A DNA stretch of 64,000 nt from Betaproteobacteria bacterium (GTDB taxonomy: Bacteria; Pseudomonadota; Gammaproteobacteria; Burkholderiales; Ga0077523), in NCBI GenBank assembly GCA_025350245.1, contig JANXYG010000050.1, positions 321 to 64,320 on the forward strand, written 5' to 3'. The translations under genes and the position numbers were made by a program. The first letter of the stretch is position 1. The number at the start of each line of letters is the position of its first letter. The notes beneath the pieces were generated by a model. That model was not told where the DNA came from. It saw nothing but the letters and a program-made list of their open reading frames with translations, and made no database searches. Below, piece by piece: positions 1 to 10,898 of this stretch.

Positions 1-24
1 CTACTTCAAGTCGACCGCCAGCGG

Positions 25-885
25 TCAGGCGTGAATGTCGGCCGCCGACTCGGCCGCGTGCACCGTGTTCGCCAGCAACATCGTGATGGTCATCGGCCCG
101 ACGCCGCCGGGCACCGGCGTGATCAACCCGGCAACCGCCGCCGCGCTGTCGTAATCGACATCGCCGCAGAGCTTGCCGTCGGGTAACCGGTTGATGCCCA
201 CATCGACCACCACCGCACCGGGTTTGATCATGTCGCCGGTCACCATGCGCGCGCGGCCGGTAGCCACCACCAGAATGTCGGCAGCGCGCGTGTGCCTGGC
301 GAGGTCACGGGTCATCGACGTGCAGATCGTCACGGTCGCATCGCGCGCCAGCAGCATCAGCGCCTGCGGCTTGCCCACGATGTTGCTGCGACCGATCACC
401 ACCGCGTTGGCGCCGCTCAACGGCACCTTGTAATAGTCGAGAATCATCATCACGCCATAGGGCGTGCACGGCCAGAAACCCGGCAGCCCGGCCATGAGCG
501 CGCCCATGCTCTCGACGTGAAAGCCGTCCACGTCCTTCAGCAGAGAGATGGTCTCCAGCACCTCCTTCACGTCGAGGTGCCGGGGCAACGGCAGTTGCAC
601 CAGGATGCCGTGGATGCCGGGGTCGGCGTTGAGCGCACCGATGCGTGCCAGCAGCGTTTCCCGCGCAACGTCGGCCGGCAACTCGATCATCTCCGAGTGG
701 ATGCCGATCTCGCCACAGGCCTTGACCTTGTTGCGGACGTAGACCCGCGATGCGGGGTTGTCGCCGACGATGATCACGGCAAGACCGCACGGCGCCCCCC
801 TGGCGGCGAGCGCTTCGACGCGCCCCTCGAGTTGCGCCCTGGTGTGCCTGGCGACGGCAATACCGTCCATCACTGTTGCTGGCAT
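25..885 (-). CDS. folD: Bifunctional methylenetetrahydrofolate dehydrogenase / methenyltetrahydrofolate cyclohydrolase
   Basis: 286-aa ORF carrying hallmark FolD segments: [30 protein letters not shown] and [11 protein letters not shown]. Confidence 0.95.
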   Translation of the reverse strand: MPATVMDGIAVARHTRAQLEGRVEALAARGAPCGLAVIIVGDNPASRVYVRNKVKACGEIGIHSEMIELPADVARETLLARIGALNADPGIHGILVQLPLPRHLDVKEVLETISLLKDVDGFHVESMGALMAGLPGFWPCTPYGVMMILDYYKVPLSGANAVVIGRSNIVGKPQALMLLARDATVTICTSMTRDLARHTRAADILVVATGRARMVTGDMIKPGAVVVDVGINRLPDGKLCGDVDYDSAAAVAGLITPVPGGVGPMTITMLLANTVHAAESAADIHA

Positions 886-925
886 GCAATGCTCCGGAAG
901 TTGAACAGGAAACGGCGGGTGCCGG

Positions 926-3064
926 CTACGCGGCGTTGAAGTGCTGGATGCCCGACGGATCGACGACCCGTTCGATCTGCGCCAGCGTGGAGTAGAACAC
1001 CGGCCCGCGGCCCATGTCGGCTTCGTCCTGGCCGACCAGCGCGTTGACGTTGACGCCGTTCAGTTGCCGCGAGCCCTGCAACTGCTTCGGCGCGCCAACC
1101 ACGCCGGCCAGCATCCCCGGCGCGACGCGTACATGACCGAAGACTTCGCCGCGATCATTGAACAGCCGGCACAGCTCGCCGTCGGCAATGCCGCGTGATT
1201 CGGCGTCGGCCGGCGACAACTCGAAGGTCTGGCGCGACATCATCTCCTGCAACCGGGCCACGTGCTGGAAGCTCGCGCCGATGAAATAGTGGGTCGCCGC
1301 ACTGATCACCTGCAACGGATATTGCTCGGTGGCGGTGTTCACGCCCTCTTTCTCCGGCGTGTAAGAAGGCAGCGGGTCGAGACCGAGCGCGCCCAGCGTC
1401 TCGCTGCGAATCTCGATCTTGCCCGACGGCGTTGGCCACTTGCCGCTGTTGTAGCCCGGCCGCGTCGGCGACCAGGTGGCGGCGCGGGCCCAGCCGGTCT
1501 GCTTCAGGCCGTCGAGCGTCACCCCCTCGAACAATGGATTGAACGCCGGGTCGAGCAGTTCGCGCAGCATCGATTCGTCGGTCTGGCGGAAGCATTCGTC
1601 GTCGTAGCCCATGCGCGCCGCCAACCGGCGGAACAGCTCGCTGTTGTCGACGCTCTCGCCCTGCTTCTCGATCGCCTGTTCGGAATAGGCGTAGACGAAG
1701 TGTCCGTAGCCCCCGAGGACGTCGACGCGTTCGAGCGTGGTGTCGGCCGGCAGCACGATGTCGGCGTAATCGCAACTGTCGGTGAAGAAGGTGTCGTGCA
1801 CCGCCACGAACAAGTCGTCGCGCAGCATGCCGCGCCGGGCGGACACGGTGTCGGGCACGCAGTTGGCGGGGTCGGCATTCCAGACGACCATCGCCTTGAT
1901 CGGCGGCGACAGGTTCACGTCGTTGAGCGCACGGCCGATCTGGATCATGTTGATGGTGCGCGGCTCGCGGCCGGCCAGCAGATCGGGCCGCGTCAGCTTG
2001 CGCATATCGACACCGCGCATCTCGCGCCCGGTACCGAGGCACACGCCGCCGTTCTCCTTCATCGCCCCCATGAGCACCGGCAGCAGCTTGATGCAGCGCG
2101 TGGTCATGCCACCGTTGTCGTGGCGCTGAATGCCGTAGTTGAGCCGGATGAACGACTTCTTCGTGCTGCCGTACAACAGCGCCAGCCGCTCGATGTCGGC
2201 CGCCGCCAGACCGGTGATCGCCGCGACGCGGTCGAGCGGGTAGTCGGGCAGGCGCTTCTCGAAGAACTCCTCCCAGCCCACCGTCTGCTCGCGCAGGAAC
2301 TCCACATCGTGCAGGCCGCGATCGACGATCACCTTCATCATGCCCAGCGCCAGCGCGCCGTCGGTACCGGGTTTCGGCTGCACGTGCCAGTCGGCAAACG
2401 CGGTGGTGCGCGTGGGGCGCGGGTCGATCGCGATGATGGTGGCGCCGTTCTCGCGCGCCTCGTTGACGAACGGCATCGCGTGCACGCCGGTGCTCACGAG
2501 GTTGGTGGCCCACAGGATGACCACCTTCATTTCCGGCAGGCGCTCGATATCGGCCTCGTGCGCGTTGCCGCTGGTGTACTGACCCGCCGCGCCGCCCACG
2601 GTGGAGCAGATGGTGCGTTCGAGCCGCGCCGCGCCCATCTGGTGGAAGAAGCGGTCGCCCATGCCGTTGAAGCCGATGAAACCGAGCGTGCCCGAGTAGT
2701 TGAACGGCTGGACCGCCTCGGGACCGTGGTCGGAAACCACTCTTTTCAGGTTGGCGGCCACGGTATCGAGCGCTTCGTCCCACGAGATGCGCTCGAACCG
2801 GGCGCCTGGCCCCTTGGGGCCAACGCGCCGGTGCGGATACAGCACGCGCTTGGGGCTGTACACGAGGTCGAGGTAGTTGTTGACCTTGTTGCACAGGTAC
2901 CCGCGGGTGATCGGGTGGGTGGGATCACCCTCGACCTTGACCGCGCGTCCGGATTTCATGTCGACGGTGACCAGCATGCCGCAGGCGTCGGGGCAATCGT
3001 GCGGGCAGGCCGCCTTGACGACCTTGAGGTCGAGCGACTTGGCAATGCGGGCGGCGTGTTCCAC
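926..3064 (-). CDS. Molybdopterin-dependent oxidoreductase (MopB superfamily), cytoplasmic type
   Basis: 712-aa ORF. The N-terminal Cys cluster [11 protein letters not shown] is typical of the 4Fe-4S domain of molybdopterin oxidoreductases, followed by a long MopB-like body. No twin-arginine signal is seen. Substrate unknown. Confidence 0.85.
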   Translation of the reverse strand: MEHAARIAKSLDLKVVKAACPHDCPDACGMLVTVDMKSGRAVKVEGDPTHPITRGYLCNKVNNYLDLVYSPKRVLYPHRRVGPKGPGARFERISWDEALDTVAANLKRVVSDHGPEAVQPFNYSGTLGFIGFNGMGDRFFHQMGAARLERTICSTVGGAAGQYTSGNAHEADIERLPEMKVVILWATNLVSTGVHAMPFVNEARENGATIIAIDPRPTRTTAFADWHVQPKPGTDGALALGMMKVIVDRGLHDVEFLREQTVGWEEFFEKRLPDYPLDRVAAITGLAAADIERLALLYGSTKKSFIRLNYGIQRHDNGGMTTRCIKLLPVLMGAMKENGGVCLGTGREMRGVDMRKLTRPDLLAGREPRTINMIQIGRALNDVNLSPPIKAMVVWNADPANCVPDTVSARRGMLRDDLFVAVHDTFFTDSCDYADIVLPADTTLERVDVLGGYGHFVYAYSEQAIEKQGESVDNSELFRRLAARMGYDDECFRQTDESMLRELLDPAFNPLFEGVTLDGLKQTGWARAATWSPTRPGYNSGKWPTPSGKIEIRSETLGALGLDPLPSYTPEKEGVNTATEQYPLQVISAATHYFIGASFQHVARLQEMMSRQTFELSPADAESRGIADGELCRLFNDRGEVFGHVRVAPGMLAGVVGAPKQLQGSRQLNGVNVNALVGQDEADMGRGPVFYSTLAQIERVVDPSGIQHFNAA

Positions 3065-3176
3065 GGCGGCTTCTCCGATGGCGGCAGAACCCGGATTCTA
3101 AGCCGTGCGGCGACTGTTTACAGCCCACCTGCCCGGGCTCAGACTCCCGTCGGCGCGCAACCAGGGAGACGCAGCG

Positions 3177-5270
3177 ATGAACAACAACAAGATGATCGTA
3201 ATGGCAGGCGTGCTCGCGGCCCTCTGCTTGCAGGCCACACAGGCGGATGCACGGCTGGTGCGCCTCGATGTGGCCAAGCGCGAAACCGTCGCCGCCGGCA
3301 TGAGCTTCGGCGCCAGCGGCGCCTACGAAAAACTCACCGGCACCGCCTACTTCGAAGCCGACCCGGACGACGAACACGATGCCCGCGTGTTCGATCTCGT
3401 CAACGCGCCGGTGAACGCCAAAGGCCGGATCGAGTTCTCGGCCGACATGGTGATCCTGAAGCCGGTCGATCTCGCCAAAGGCTCGCGCACGCTGCTGTTC
3501 GAGGTCAACAACCGCGGCCGCAAGATCGCGCTCCAGCGCTTTCAGGACACGGCGTCGAGCGCAAGCATGAATGACCCGATGACGCCGGCCGATTTCGGCA
3601 ACGGCTTCCTGATGAAGCGTGGCTACGTCATCGCCTGGGTCGGCTGGGGCGCGGACATGGCGCCCGGCGACAACCGCCTGACGGTGAATTTTCCGATCAC
3701 GATCGACCAGAACGGCTCGGTCACGCAACGCATCCTTACCGAGTTCGGCGACCGCAATTTCAACGGCACGCAGCCAACCACGCTGCCGCTATCGGGTGGC
3801 AGCGCGTTCAAGAGCTATGCGGCGGTATCGACCGACAAGGCTGCGGCGGAAGCCGGGTTGCGCATCACCGCGAGCGACTCGCCGCGCCCGAGCGGGCCTG
3901 ATCTGGTTCGTGGCGATCTGGTTCCCGACACCGACTGGGCCTTCGCCAAATGTCCCGACGGCTGGCCGGGCACCCCGAGCACCACCGACATCTGCCTGCG
4001 CGATGCCTTTCGCAACGATCGCAACTACCAGCTTACCTACCGCGCGACCGGCTCGCCAGTGATGGGCCTGGGCTATCTCACCTCGCGCGATTTCGTGACG
4101 TTCCTGCGCCGGGCCACAGCCGACGACAACGGCACGCCCAATCCGGTGGCGGGCATCGACACGGCGTTGTGCCTGGGCATCTCGTCGAGCGGCATGTACC
4201 TGCGCGACTTTCTCTACCAGGGCTTCAACGAGGACAACCAGGGCCGCCGCGTGTGCGACGGCATGCACATCCACATCGCCGGGGTGCAGAAGCTGTACCT
4301 CAACTATCGCTTTTCCCAGCCGAATCCGTTCACGCAGCAACACCGCGAGCGCTACGTGCCGGACACCAACTTTCCGCACCAGTACGGCGTGCGCGGCAAC
4401 CCGAAGACCAATGTGCCGGACGGCATCCTCAAGCGCCCGTCGAGTGATCCGAAGCTGATCCACACCGACACCTCGAACGAGTACTGGCAGTTCCGCGCCT
4501 CGCTCACCGGCACCACCGAAGGCGGCAAGCTCGACCTCACCGACAACTCGCGCGTGCGCCGCTATCTGCTGGCCAGCATGCAGCACGGCAACTTCAAGGG
4601 CGACCCGCCGAATCACGGCATCGCCGATCGCCAGTGCGAGCAGCTCACCAACCAGACCCACACCGGTCCGATGCTGCGCGCCCTGCTGGTGGCGCTCGAC
4701 GCCTGGGTGCACGAGGGCAAGGCGCCGCCCGCCTCACGCGTGCCGCGCATCGCCGACGGCACGCTCGTGGCCCCTGATCAGGTGGCGTGGCCGAAGATTC
4801 CCGGCGTGCGTTTTGCCGGCCTGTTCAACGGTTCCGGCGAGCGCGACTTCGGCCCTGGCGTGAGCGGCAACAAGGGCATCATCACCAAGCTCTATCCCGA
4901 CACGCTGTATCCGCATCGGGTGCTGGTGCCGCAGGTCGACGCGGTGGGCAACGACATCGCCGGCATCCGGCATCCCTTCGTGTCGACGCCGGTTGCCACC
5001 CTCACCGGCTGGAACACCCGCACCGCCGAGTTCGGCGGTGACGATCTTTGCGACCTGCTCGGCTCGACCATTCCGCTGCCGAAGACACGCGCCGCGGCCG
5101 ATGCCGCCGGCGATCCGCGGCCGTCGCTGGAAGAGCTGTACGGGGATCGCGACGGCTACGTCGCCAGGGTCACTGCCGCCGCGAAGGCACTCGAAGCCGA
5201 TCGGCTGCTACTGCCGGAAGATGTCGAGATGCTGGTGCGGGAAGCGGGGCAGAGCGAGGCGTGGAAATAG
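3177..5270 (+). CDS. Secreted alpha/beta-hydrolase-domain-like protein, function unknown
   Basis: ORF 3105..5270. Start moved to ATG 3177, preceded by AGGGAG, which gives the signal peptide MNNNKMIVMAGVLAALCLQATQADA. The family assignment is from memory of similar large secreted proteins and is weak. Confidence 0.55.
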   Translation: MNNNKMIVMAGVLAALCLQATQADARLVRLDVAKRETVAAGMSFGASGAYEKLTGTAYFEADPDDEHDARVFDLVNAPVNAKGRIEFSADMVILKPVDLAKGSRTLLFEVNNRGRKIALQRFQDTASSASMNDPMTPADFGNGFLMKRGYVIAWVGWGADMAPGDNRLTVNFPITIDQNGSVTQRILTEFGDRNFNGTQPTTLPLSGGSAFKSYAAVSTDKAAAEAGLRITASDSPRPSGPDLVRGDLVPDTDWAFAKCPDGWPGTPSTTDICLRDAFRNDRNYQLTYRATGSPVMGLGYLTSRDFVTFLRRATADDNGTPNPVAGIDTALCLGISSSGMYLRDFLYQGFNEDNQGRRVCDGMHIHIAGVQKLYLNYRFSQPNPFTQQHRERYVPDTNFPHQYGVRGNPKTNVPDGILKRPSSDPKLIHTDTSNEYWQFRASLTGTTEGGKLDLTDNSRVRRYLLASMQHGNFKGDPPNHGIADRQCEQLTNQTHTGPMLRALLVALDAWVHEGKAPPASRVPRIADGTLVAPDQVAWPKIPGVRFAGLFNGSGERDFGPGVSGNKGIITKLYPDTLYPHRVLVPQVDAVGNDIAGIRHPFVSTPVATLTGWNTRTAEFGGDDLCDLLGSTIPLPKTRAAADAAGDPRPSLEELYGDRDGYVARVTAAAKALEADRLLLPEDVEMLVREAGQSEAWK

Positions 5271-7102
5271 CTCGTCTGTCTGCACCGCTCTTGCCATTGC
5301 CATTGCCCGACCCGTTCGCGCTGTTCGAGAACAACCTCGATCCTGACGGCACCGGTCTCCTCCTCGAAGGTCTGCGCGAGACCGTCACTGCAATGGCACC
5401 CGATCAGGTGTCGGCGGCGCTCGCGCGCACAGAGGTACTTGCCCGGGACGGCGCGTTCGTTGCCGTCGCGTTCTCCTACGAACTCGGTCTCGCGCTGGAA
5501 TCGACGCTCGCGCAACGGTTGCGCCGCAGCCCGAAGCCGCTGTTCGTGGCGTGGGCGTTCGAGCATGCGCAACAGCTCGACCGCCCAGCCATCGACCGGT
5601 GGTTGCAGTCCCGCATCGATGCATTGCCTGCCGAGGCCCGTGCCGCCGGCATCGGCGATCTGCGAGCCACCATCGGCTGCGACGACTACGCCGCGCGCGT
5701 CGAACGCATCCGGCGCTACATCGAGGCAGGCGATGCCTATCAGGTCAATCTCACGTTTCCGATGACCGGTGTGGCCTACGGCGATCCGCTCGCCCTGTAT
5801 GTGCGCCTGCGCACCACGCAACCCGCCCGCTACGGCGGCATCGTGCGGCACGCCGATGGCTGGATCCTGTCGCGCTCGCCCGAATTGTTCGTCGAACGAC
5901 GCGGTAGCCGGCTAACCGTCAAGCCGATGAAAGGCACGGCCCCGCGGTCCGCGCCGCCGGCGGTGCTGGCCGCCTCGCCCAAGGATCGCGCCGAGAACGT
6001 CATGATCGTCGACCTGATCCGCAACGACCTCGGTCGCCTCGCGCCGCCGGGCGGCGTGAAGGTCACGTCGCTGTTCGACCTGGAGTCCTATCCCACTGTC
6101 TGGCAAATGACCTCGACCATCGAAGCCGAGCCGGTCGATCGTTCGCTGGAAGACATCCTCCGCGCGCTGTTTCCCTGCGGCTCGGTCACCGGCGCCCCGA
6201 AGATTCGCGCGATGGAGATCATCCACGAACTCGAGCCCGACGCCCGCGACCTTTATTGCGGCGCGCTCGGCTGGATCGCCCCCGGCGGCGACTTTCGATG
6301 GAACGTGGCGATCCGGACCGTCACGATCGACCAACGCAACCGTGCGCGGCTGGGCGTCGGCAGCGGCGTCACGCACGATTCCACACCGGCGGGCGAATGG
6401 GACGAGTGTCTGGTCAAGGCGCGCTTCGCAATGCTGCCACCCGGGTTCGGGCTGTTCGAGACCATGCTCGCGGAGGATGGTCAGGTGGCCCTGCTCGACC
6501 ACCATCTTGCGCGGCTGTCGCATTCAGCGCGCTGGTTCGGCATCGAGCATGATCTCGGTGCTGCGGCCACCGATGTTCGCGCCTGCGTTGCACTCCTGGC
6601 GCCTGCGCCACATCGGCTGCGCCTCACGCTCGGCGCGAACGGCGCCCACTCGCTCGAGTCGGCGCCGCTGACACCGTTGCCCCGTCACCCGACCGTCGTT
6701 CTCTCATCCGAACGGGTGCCGGGCGACGATCCGAAAAGCCGCCACAAGACCACCGCCCGCGCGCTCTACGACCGCGAACTCGCGCGCGTGATCGCCGCCG
6801 GGCATTTCGATGCGCTGTTCCTCAACGACCGCGGTGATCTGGCCGAAGGCGCCCGAACCAATGTAGTGCTCGAACTCGACGGCGAACTGGTCACGCCACC
6901 GCTCGACGCAGGCGTGCTCGATGGGGTGATGCGACGCCAGTTGCTCGACCAGGGGCAGGTGCGGGAACAGCGGCTCGGGGTTCAGGATCTGGGGCGCGCG
7001 TCGCGGGTCTTCGTGAGCAATGCGTTGCGGGGGTTGGTCGAGGTGCGCCTGTTCGCGCCTTCAGGCAGCGACACCATGAGTGCCCCGGCGGCCACCACTT
7101 GA
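5261..7102 (+). CDS. pabB: Fused aminodeoxychorismate synthase component I / class IV aminotransferase (aminodeoxychorismate lyase-like)
   Basis: Chorismate-binding motifs PMKGTAPR and LFPCGSVTGAPKIRAMEII are followed by a C-terminal class IV aminotransferase-like domain of about 230 aa. The 5' part of ORF 5048.. overlaps the upstream gene. GTG 5261, overlapping the upstream stop, is proposed as the start but is uncertain. Confidence 0.8.
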   Translation: MEIARLSAPLLPLPLPDPFALFENNLDPDGTGLLLEGLRETVTAMAPDQVSAALARTEVLARDGAFVAVAFSYELGLALESTLAQRLRRSPKPLFVAWAFEHAQQLDRPAIDRWLQSRIDALPAEARAAGIGDLRATIGCDDYAARVERIRRYIEAGDAYQVNLTFPMTGVAYGDPLALYVRLRTTQPARYGGIVRHADGWILSRSPELFVERRGSRLTVKPMKGTAPRSAPPAVLAASPKDRAENVMIVDLIRNDLGRLAPPGGVKVTSLFDLESYPTVWQMTSTIEAEPVDRSLEDILRALFPCGSVTGAPKIRAMEIIHELEPDARDLYCGALGWIAPGGDFRWNVAIRTVTIDQRNRARLGVGSGVTHDSTPAGEWDECLVKARFAMLPPGFGLFETMLAEDGQVALLDHHLARLSHSARWFGIEHDLGAAATDVRACVALLAPAPHRLRLTLGANGAHSLESAPLTPLPRHPTVVLSSERVPGDDPKSRHKTTARALYDRELARVIAAGHFDALFLNDRGDLAEGARTNVVLELDGELVTPPLDAGVLDGVMRRQLLDQGQVREQRLGVQDLGRASRVFVSNALRGLVEVRLFAPSGSDTMSAPAATT

Positions 7103-7175
7103 TCGTTCAGTTGTTGCTATGCGCTCACGACGCGGCACAGCGAAGCAGGGAGATCGGATCATCCGGGCCCTCGAA

Positions 7176-8612
7176 TCAGAACTCGGTGTGCAACCGCACC
7201 GAGGCGACATCGGCCGGGCCGCGGTCGGCGTTGTAGGCCGGGTTCAGGATGTGCTGCCAGTCCAGCGTAACCCAGGCGGCCTTCGCCAGTCTGGCGTTGT
7301 AGAACACCTCGAGTATCGCCTCGGGGCGGTAGTTCAGCCGACCATCACCGATGAAGAATCCGAAACCGCCAGCGGCGAGATAGTTGCGCCGCACCTGCGA
7401 CAGGCCGTTGCGGGCGACCGCGATGCCCACATTGTCCTGGCCGCGTTTCCAGGCGGAACCCTTGATCAGCACACCGCCGGACAGCGAGCGGTCGATCTCG
7501 GTGAACGCATAGGTCTCGGTGCGACCGTCGGCCCAACTGGCGCGCGCGAACAGGCCGATATCGGAAGACACCGCCTGCTCGACATTGAGGCCGAAGCCGT
7601 GCTTGGATTGTTCGCCAGTGCGAACGGCGTTGATGTCGGGCGTGCCACCGGTCTGTGCCGCGAGGTCGAGCGCATCCTGGAAGCGCGACATCTTCGCCCG
7701 GTTGCGGAAGAGGAGCACGCGCAGCTTGCCGGGTTGATCACCGATGGCGTGGGCGTGCTCAAACTCGATCTGGTCGCCGTAGTGCTGAAAGATGTCGCGG
7801 TCGAGCTGTTGCTGGTTCGGCTGCCTTGGCTGGATGAAGCGGCCAGCTCGCACCGCCCACGCGTCGCGATACCACTCCAGCGCAACGCCCCAGGAGTAGC
7901 CGCGCGCATCGGCCGCGAAGTCGTAGGCCCCATGGGTGAACAACGACCAGTTGAGGAACTGGGTGCGCGGGTCGTGGCTGTAGGCGTTGTCGTCGAAGAT
8001 GTCGATCACCGACAGGTTGCCGGCGGTCAGCACCCAGCGCCGCTGGTCCACCACGCCGGCCAACTGGTTGGCGTCGGATTCGACGACCTGCTGCTCGCCG
8101 CCCATGCCCCAGGTCTGACGCAGGAACAGGCGCGCGCGATACAGCTTGAGCGTGGGGCCGGCGGTGCGGGCAATCTCGCCGTTGGTGAAACCGCCCAGAC
8201 CGGTGAGACCGGATAGCGGGACGCCCTGCGCCGCTTCGGGATTGACATACAGCTCGCCCCCCTTCCACGGACGAAAGCCCAGCGCAGCCGTGGCGGTGAA
8301 GGAATAGCTGTCTTCGTCGTCTACCGTGAGACTGTTGCGCCCCGAGTAGGCGGCCGAGAACGGACGCTTGCCCTGCCAGACGTAAGTCGCCTGGAACTTC
8401 GCGTTCCAGCTTTCGGGTTCGGGGGTTTGCGCGCGGACCAAAGCAGGCAGCAACGCCACGATAAGCACGGCAGCCCCCGAGGCGGAAACGCCCAACGTCG
8501 TCGTTGGTCCGAAGAAGCCAGAAGAGAGGGGGCGCGGCTCAGCCTGCCGCCGCCATGCCCTCGAAGAAATCGACGACGCCGGTCTCGAGTGAGTACTCGG
8601 CGCCGACGACAA
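7176..8612 (-). CDS. Carbohydrate-selective porin, OprB family
   Basis: 478-aa ORF with OprB-like beta-barrel sequence (AKFQATYVWQG..., C-terminal ...VRLHTEF). The start is uncertain: M1 overlaps the carbonic anhydrase gene by 74 nt, and the signal-like segment AAVLIVALLPALVRAQT lies about 45 residues in. Confidence 0.75.
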   Translation of the reverse strand: MSSAPSTHSRPASSISSRAWRRQAEPRPLSSGFFGPTTTLGVSASGAAVLIVALLPALVRAQTPEPESWNAKFQATYVWQGKRPFSAAYSGRNSLTVDDEDSYSFTATAALGFRPWKGGELYVNPEAAQGVPLSGLTGLGGFTNGEIARTAGPTLKLYRARLFLRQTWGMGGEQQVVESDANQLAGVVDQRRWVLTAGNLSVIDIFDDNAYSHDPRTQFLNWSLFTHGAYDFAADARGYSWGVALEWYRDAWAVRAGRFIQPRQPNQQQLDRDIFQHYGDQIEFEHAHAIGDQPGKLRVLLFRNRAKMSRFQDALDLAAQTGGTPDINAVRTGEQSKHGFGLNVEQAVSSDIGLFARASWADGRTETYAFTEIDRSLSGGVLIKGSAWKRGQDNVGIAVARNGLSQVRRNYLAAGGFGFFIGDGRLNYRPEAILEVFYNARLAKAAWVTLDWQHILNPAYNADRGPADVASVRLHTEF

Positions 8613-9168
8613 CGAGGCCTTCTTTCTGGATCAGTTGCTCCAGCACGTCCGAGCCGTGTCGCAACTGGCTCGCGGAGACGCGGACGTTGGCCCGCACCGC
8701 GTCCCGCACCAGCGCGTCGGGGTCGTGCCGCAGTTCGGTCGCGAGCAAGGCTTCGACCGACGGTCGCACCCGGTCGACGATCGAACGCAGGTTGCGCGAC
8801 TGGTTTTCGGTGGGGCGCTGGAGTTCCTCCAGCGTGGCCAGGACCGCGCCGCACCGGGAATGGCCGAGCACCACGACCAGCCGCACCCCATAGCGCTCCG
8901 CGGCGAACTCGACGCTGCCGATCTGGGACGGCGCGACGATATTGCCGGCAACACGGATCACGAACAGGTCGCCCAGGCCCTGGTCGAACACGATCTCCGC
9001 CGGCACCCGCGAATCCGAGCAACCGAGAATGATCGCGAACGGTTCCTGCCCCGCCGCCACTTCGTTGCGGCGCGCATGGCTAGCGAGCGCGCCGCCATTG
9101 CGAACGTCGGATACGAAACGCCGGTTGCCCTCTTGCAGGCGCGCAAGTCCTTCTCGTGCTGGGATCAT
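8539..9168 (-). CDS. Beta-class carbonic anhydrase
   Basis: Motifs CSDSRVPAE, FVIRVAGN and GHSRCGAV. Start set at ATG 9168 (MIPAREGLARLQEGN). The longer ORF extension merely translates a tandem DNA repeat. Confidence 0.9.
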   Translation of the reverse strand: MIPAREGLARLQEGNRRFVSDVRNGGALASHARRNEVAAGQEPFAIILGCSDSRVPAEIVFDQGLGDLFVIRVAGNIVAPSQIGSVEFAAERYGVRLVVVLGHSRCGAVLATLEELQRPTENQSRNLRSIVDRVRPSVEALLATELRHDPDALVRDAVRANVRVSASQLRHGSDVLEQLIQKEGLVVVGAEYSLETGVVDFFEGMAAAG

Positions 9169-9233
9169 CGATGGGTCATGGTGGATTGACCATCGAGTGT
9201 GCCATGAGCGGCGGCCCGGCGTGAATCCATGCC

Positions 9234-9300
9234 GCGTCCCTATTGCCTGCGTCCCTATTGCCTGCGACCCCATTGCCCGCGTCCCTATTGCCTGCGACCG
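9234..9300. repeat. 15-bp tandem repeat, about 4.5 copies (GCGTCCCTATTGCCT)
   Basis: Read directly. Units at 9234, 9249 and 9279 are identical, the unit at 9264 has 3 mismatches, and there is a partial unit at 9294. Intergenic between the amidase stop and the carbonic anhydrase start. Confidence 0.9.
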
Positions 9301-9306
9301 CAGGAT

Positions 9307-10740
9307 TCAAGCGGCGAATGCCGGTTTGCGACCGAACCACGGCCGCGCCGACTCGATCTGGGCACCGAGCCGGAACAGCGTGGCCTCATCGCCGTAGCGC
9401 CCCACCAGTTGCACCGCGAGCGGCAGTCCGCCCGTGCTCTGCGCGATCGGCAGCATCAGTGCCGGCTGACCGGTGAGGTTGAACCAGACGGTGAAGGGCG
9501 AGAAGGTGAACACGCGCCGCCAATACTCGTCGAAGTCGTCCAGCATCATGTCGATCCAACCGAGCTTCACCGCCGGTGACGCCAGCCCCGGCGTGAGCAA
9601 CACGTCCCACTCGGCGTGGAACGCCGCCATCTGGCGGCCCAGGCGATGTGCCGTCTGCGTCGCCCGGACATAGTCGGCAGCCGTGATCTTCTCGCCGACC
9701 TTCGCGGTGAGCCAGGTGATGCGTTCGACCTCGTCTTCGCGCGGTGGGTGCCCTGCCGTCGGATGGTTCGCGAGATTCACGACGGTGTTCGCGGCGACGA
9801 GCGTGAGGAAAGTCGGCACGATGCTGGCGCCGTCGATGACCGGATCGCGCTCCTCGACGTGATGCCCGAGGTCCGCGCAGAGCTTCACCGTGTCTGCCAG
9901 CGCGCGCAGGCATTCCGCATCCACCGGAACCCCATTCGGCGTGGCGGCGGTCCAGGCGATGCGCAGGCGCTGTGGCGGTGCGCCGGTCTCTTCCAGATAC
10001 GAACGTGCGGGTGGGGACGCCGAGTACGGATCGCCGGGGCCGGGACCACAAGTCGCATCGAGCAGCGACGCGCTGTCGCGCACCGACAGACTGACCGCGT
10101 GCTCGGTCGACACGCCACCCAGGCCTTCACCAGCGAAGGGCGCGAAGGTGTTGCGGTTGCGGGTGGGCTTCAGACCGACCAGCCCGCAGCAGGCTGCCGG
10201 CGCACGGATCGACCCGAAGCCGTCGGACGCATGCGCGATGGGGAGCATGCGCGCGGCCACCGCCGCCGCTGCGCCGCCGCTCGACCCGCCCGAGATGCGG
10301 GTGACGTCCCAGGGATTGCGCGTCGGGCCATGCAACTGCGGCTCGCAGGTGAGCGACAGTCCGAGTTCGCAGGTGTTGGTGCGCCCGAAGATCACCAGCC
10401 CTGCCCGCTTCAGCCGCTTCACATGCTCGCTGTCGGTGTCGGCCGGCGGCGTGTCGGCGAAGAAGCGCGAGCCGCGCGTCATGCGCACCCCGGCAACCGG
10501 AGAGGTGAGGTCCTTCATCAGCAACGGCACCCCGCGGAACGGCCCGTCGGGCAGGCCATCGGCAATCATCTGCCGGCCGAAATCGTAGAGCTTCATGGTC
10601 ACGGCATTGATCGCCGGATTGCGTGCCTCCACTCGTTCGATGGCGGCCTCGAGCAATTCGGCCGGCGTGACCTCCTTGTTGCGAACCAGCGCGGCCAGAC
10701 CCAGCGCGTCGTAGTTCTCGTATTCGGCGAATCCGCCCAT
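9307..10740 (-). CDS. Amidase (amidase-signature family)
   Basis: GGSSGG and GSIRAPAACCG amidase-signature motifs. Start set at ATG 10740, preceded by GGGAGGA. Confidence 0.85.
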   Translation of the reverse strand: MGGFAEYENYDALGLAALVRNKEVTPAELLEAAIERVEARNPAINAVTMKLYDFGRQMIADGLPDGPFRGVPLLMKDLTSPVAGVRMTRGSRFFADTPPADTDSEHVKRLKRAGLVIFGRTNTCELGLSLTCEPQLHGPTRNPWDVTRISGGSSGGAAAAVAARMLPIAHASDGFGSIRAPAACCGLVGLKPTRNRNTFAPFAGEGLGGVSTEHAVSLSVRDSASLLDATCGPGPGDPYSASPPARSYLEETGAPPQRLRIAWTAATPNGVPVDAECLRALADTVKLCADLGHHVEERDPVIDGASIVPTFLTLVAANTVVNLANHPTAGHPPREDEVERITWLTAKVGEKITAADYVRATQTAHRLGRQMAAFHAEWDVLLTPGLASPAVKLGWIDMMLDDFDEYWRRVFTFSPFTVWFNLTGQPALMLPIAQSTGGLPLAVQLVGRYGDEATLFRLGAQIESARPWFGRKPAFAA

Positions 10741-10898
10741 GGTGTTTCCTCCCGGTCCCGATTGTGCCATCGACACGCGGGAGAACGGACGCCCTGAAGG
10801 CAGGCGGCGCGCACCACCGATGAGCGCCAGTTGACAAGCGGGCGTCATGCGGTCCAACCTTGTCGGCATCTTTCCTCACTCACCGGACTGGAGGCACC

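Noticed and set aside
1262-3574. 770-aa ORF on the plus strand
   Set aside because: It is antisense to the well-supported molybdopterin oxidoreductase gene. Its extreme Arg/Ala/Gly/His/Val composition has no recognisable motifs, which is typical of a GC-rich shadow ORF.
8539-9273. Long form of the carbonic anhydrase ORF starting MGSQAIGTQAIGT
   Set aside because: The extension simply translates the 15-bp tandem DNA repeat. Homology to beta carbonic anhydrases begins at the internal Met (9168).
9234-9300. Possible CRISPR array
   Set aside because: The units are contiguous 15-mers without spacers, and no cas genes are nearby. It is a simple tandem repeat.
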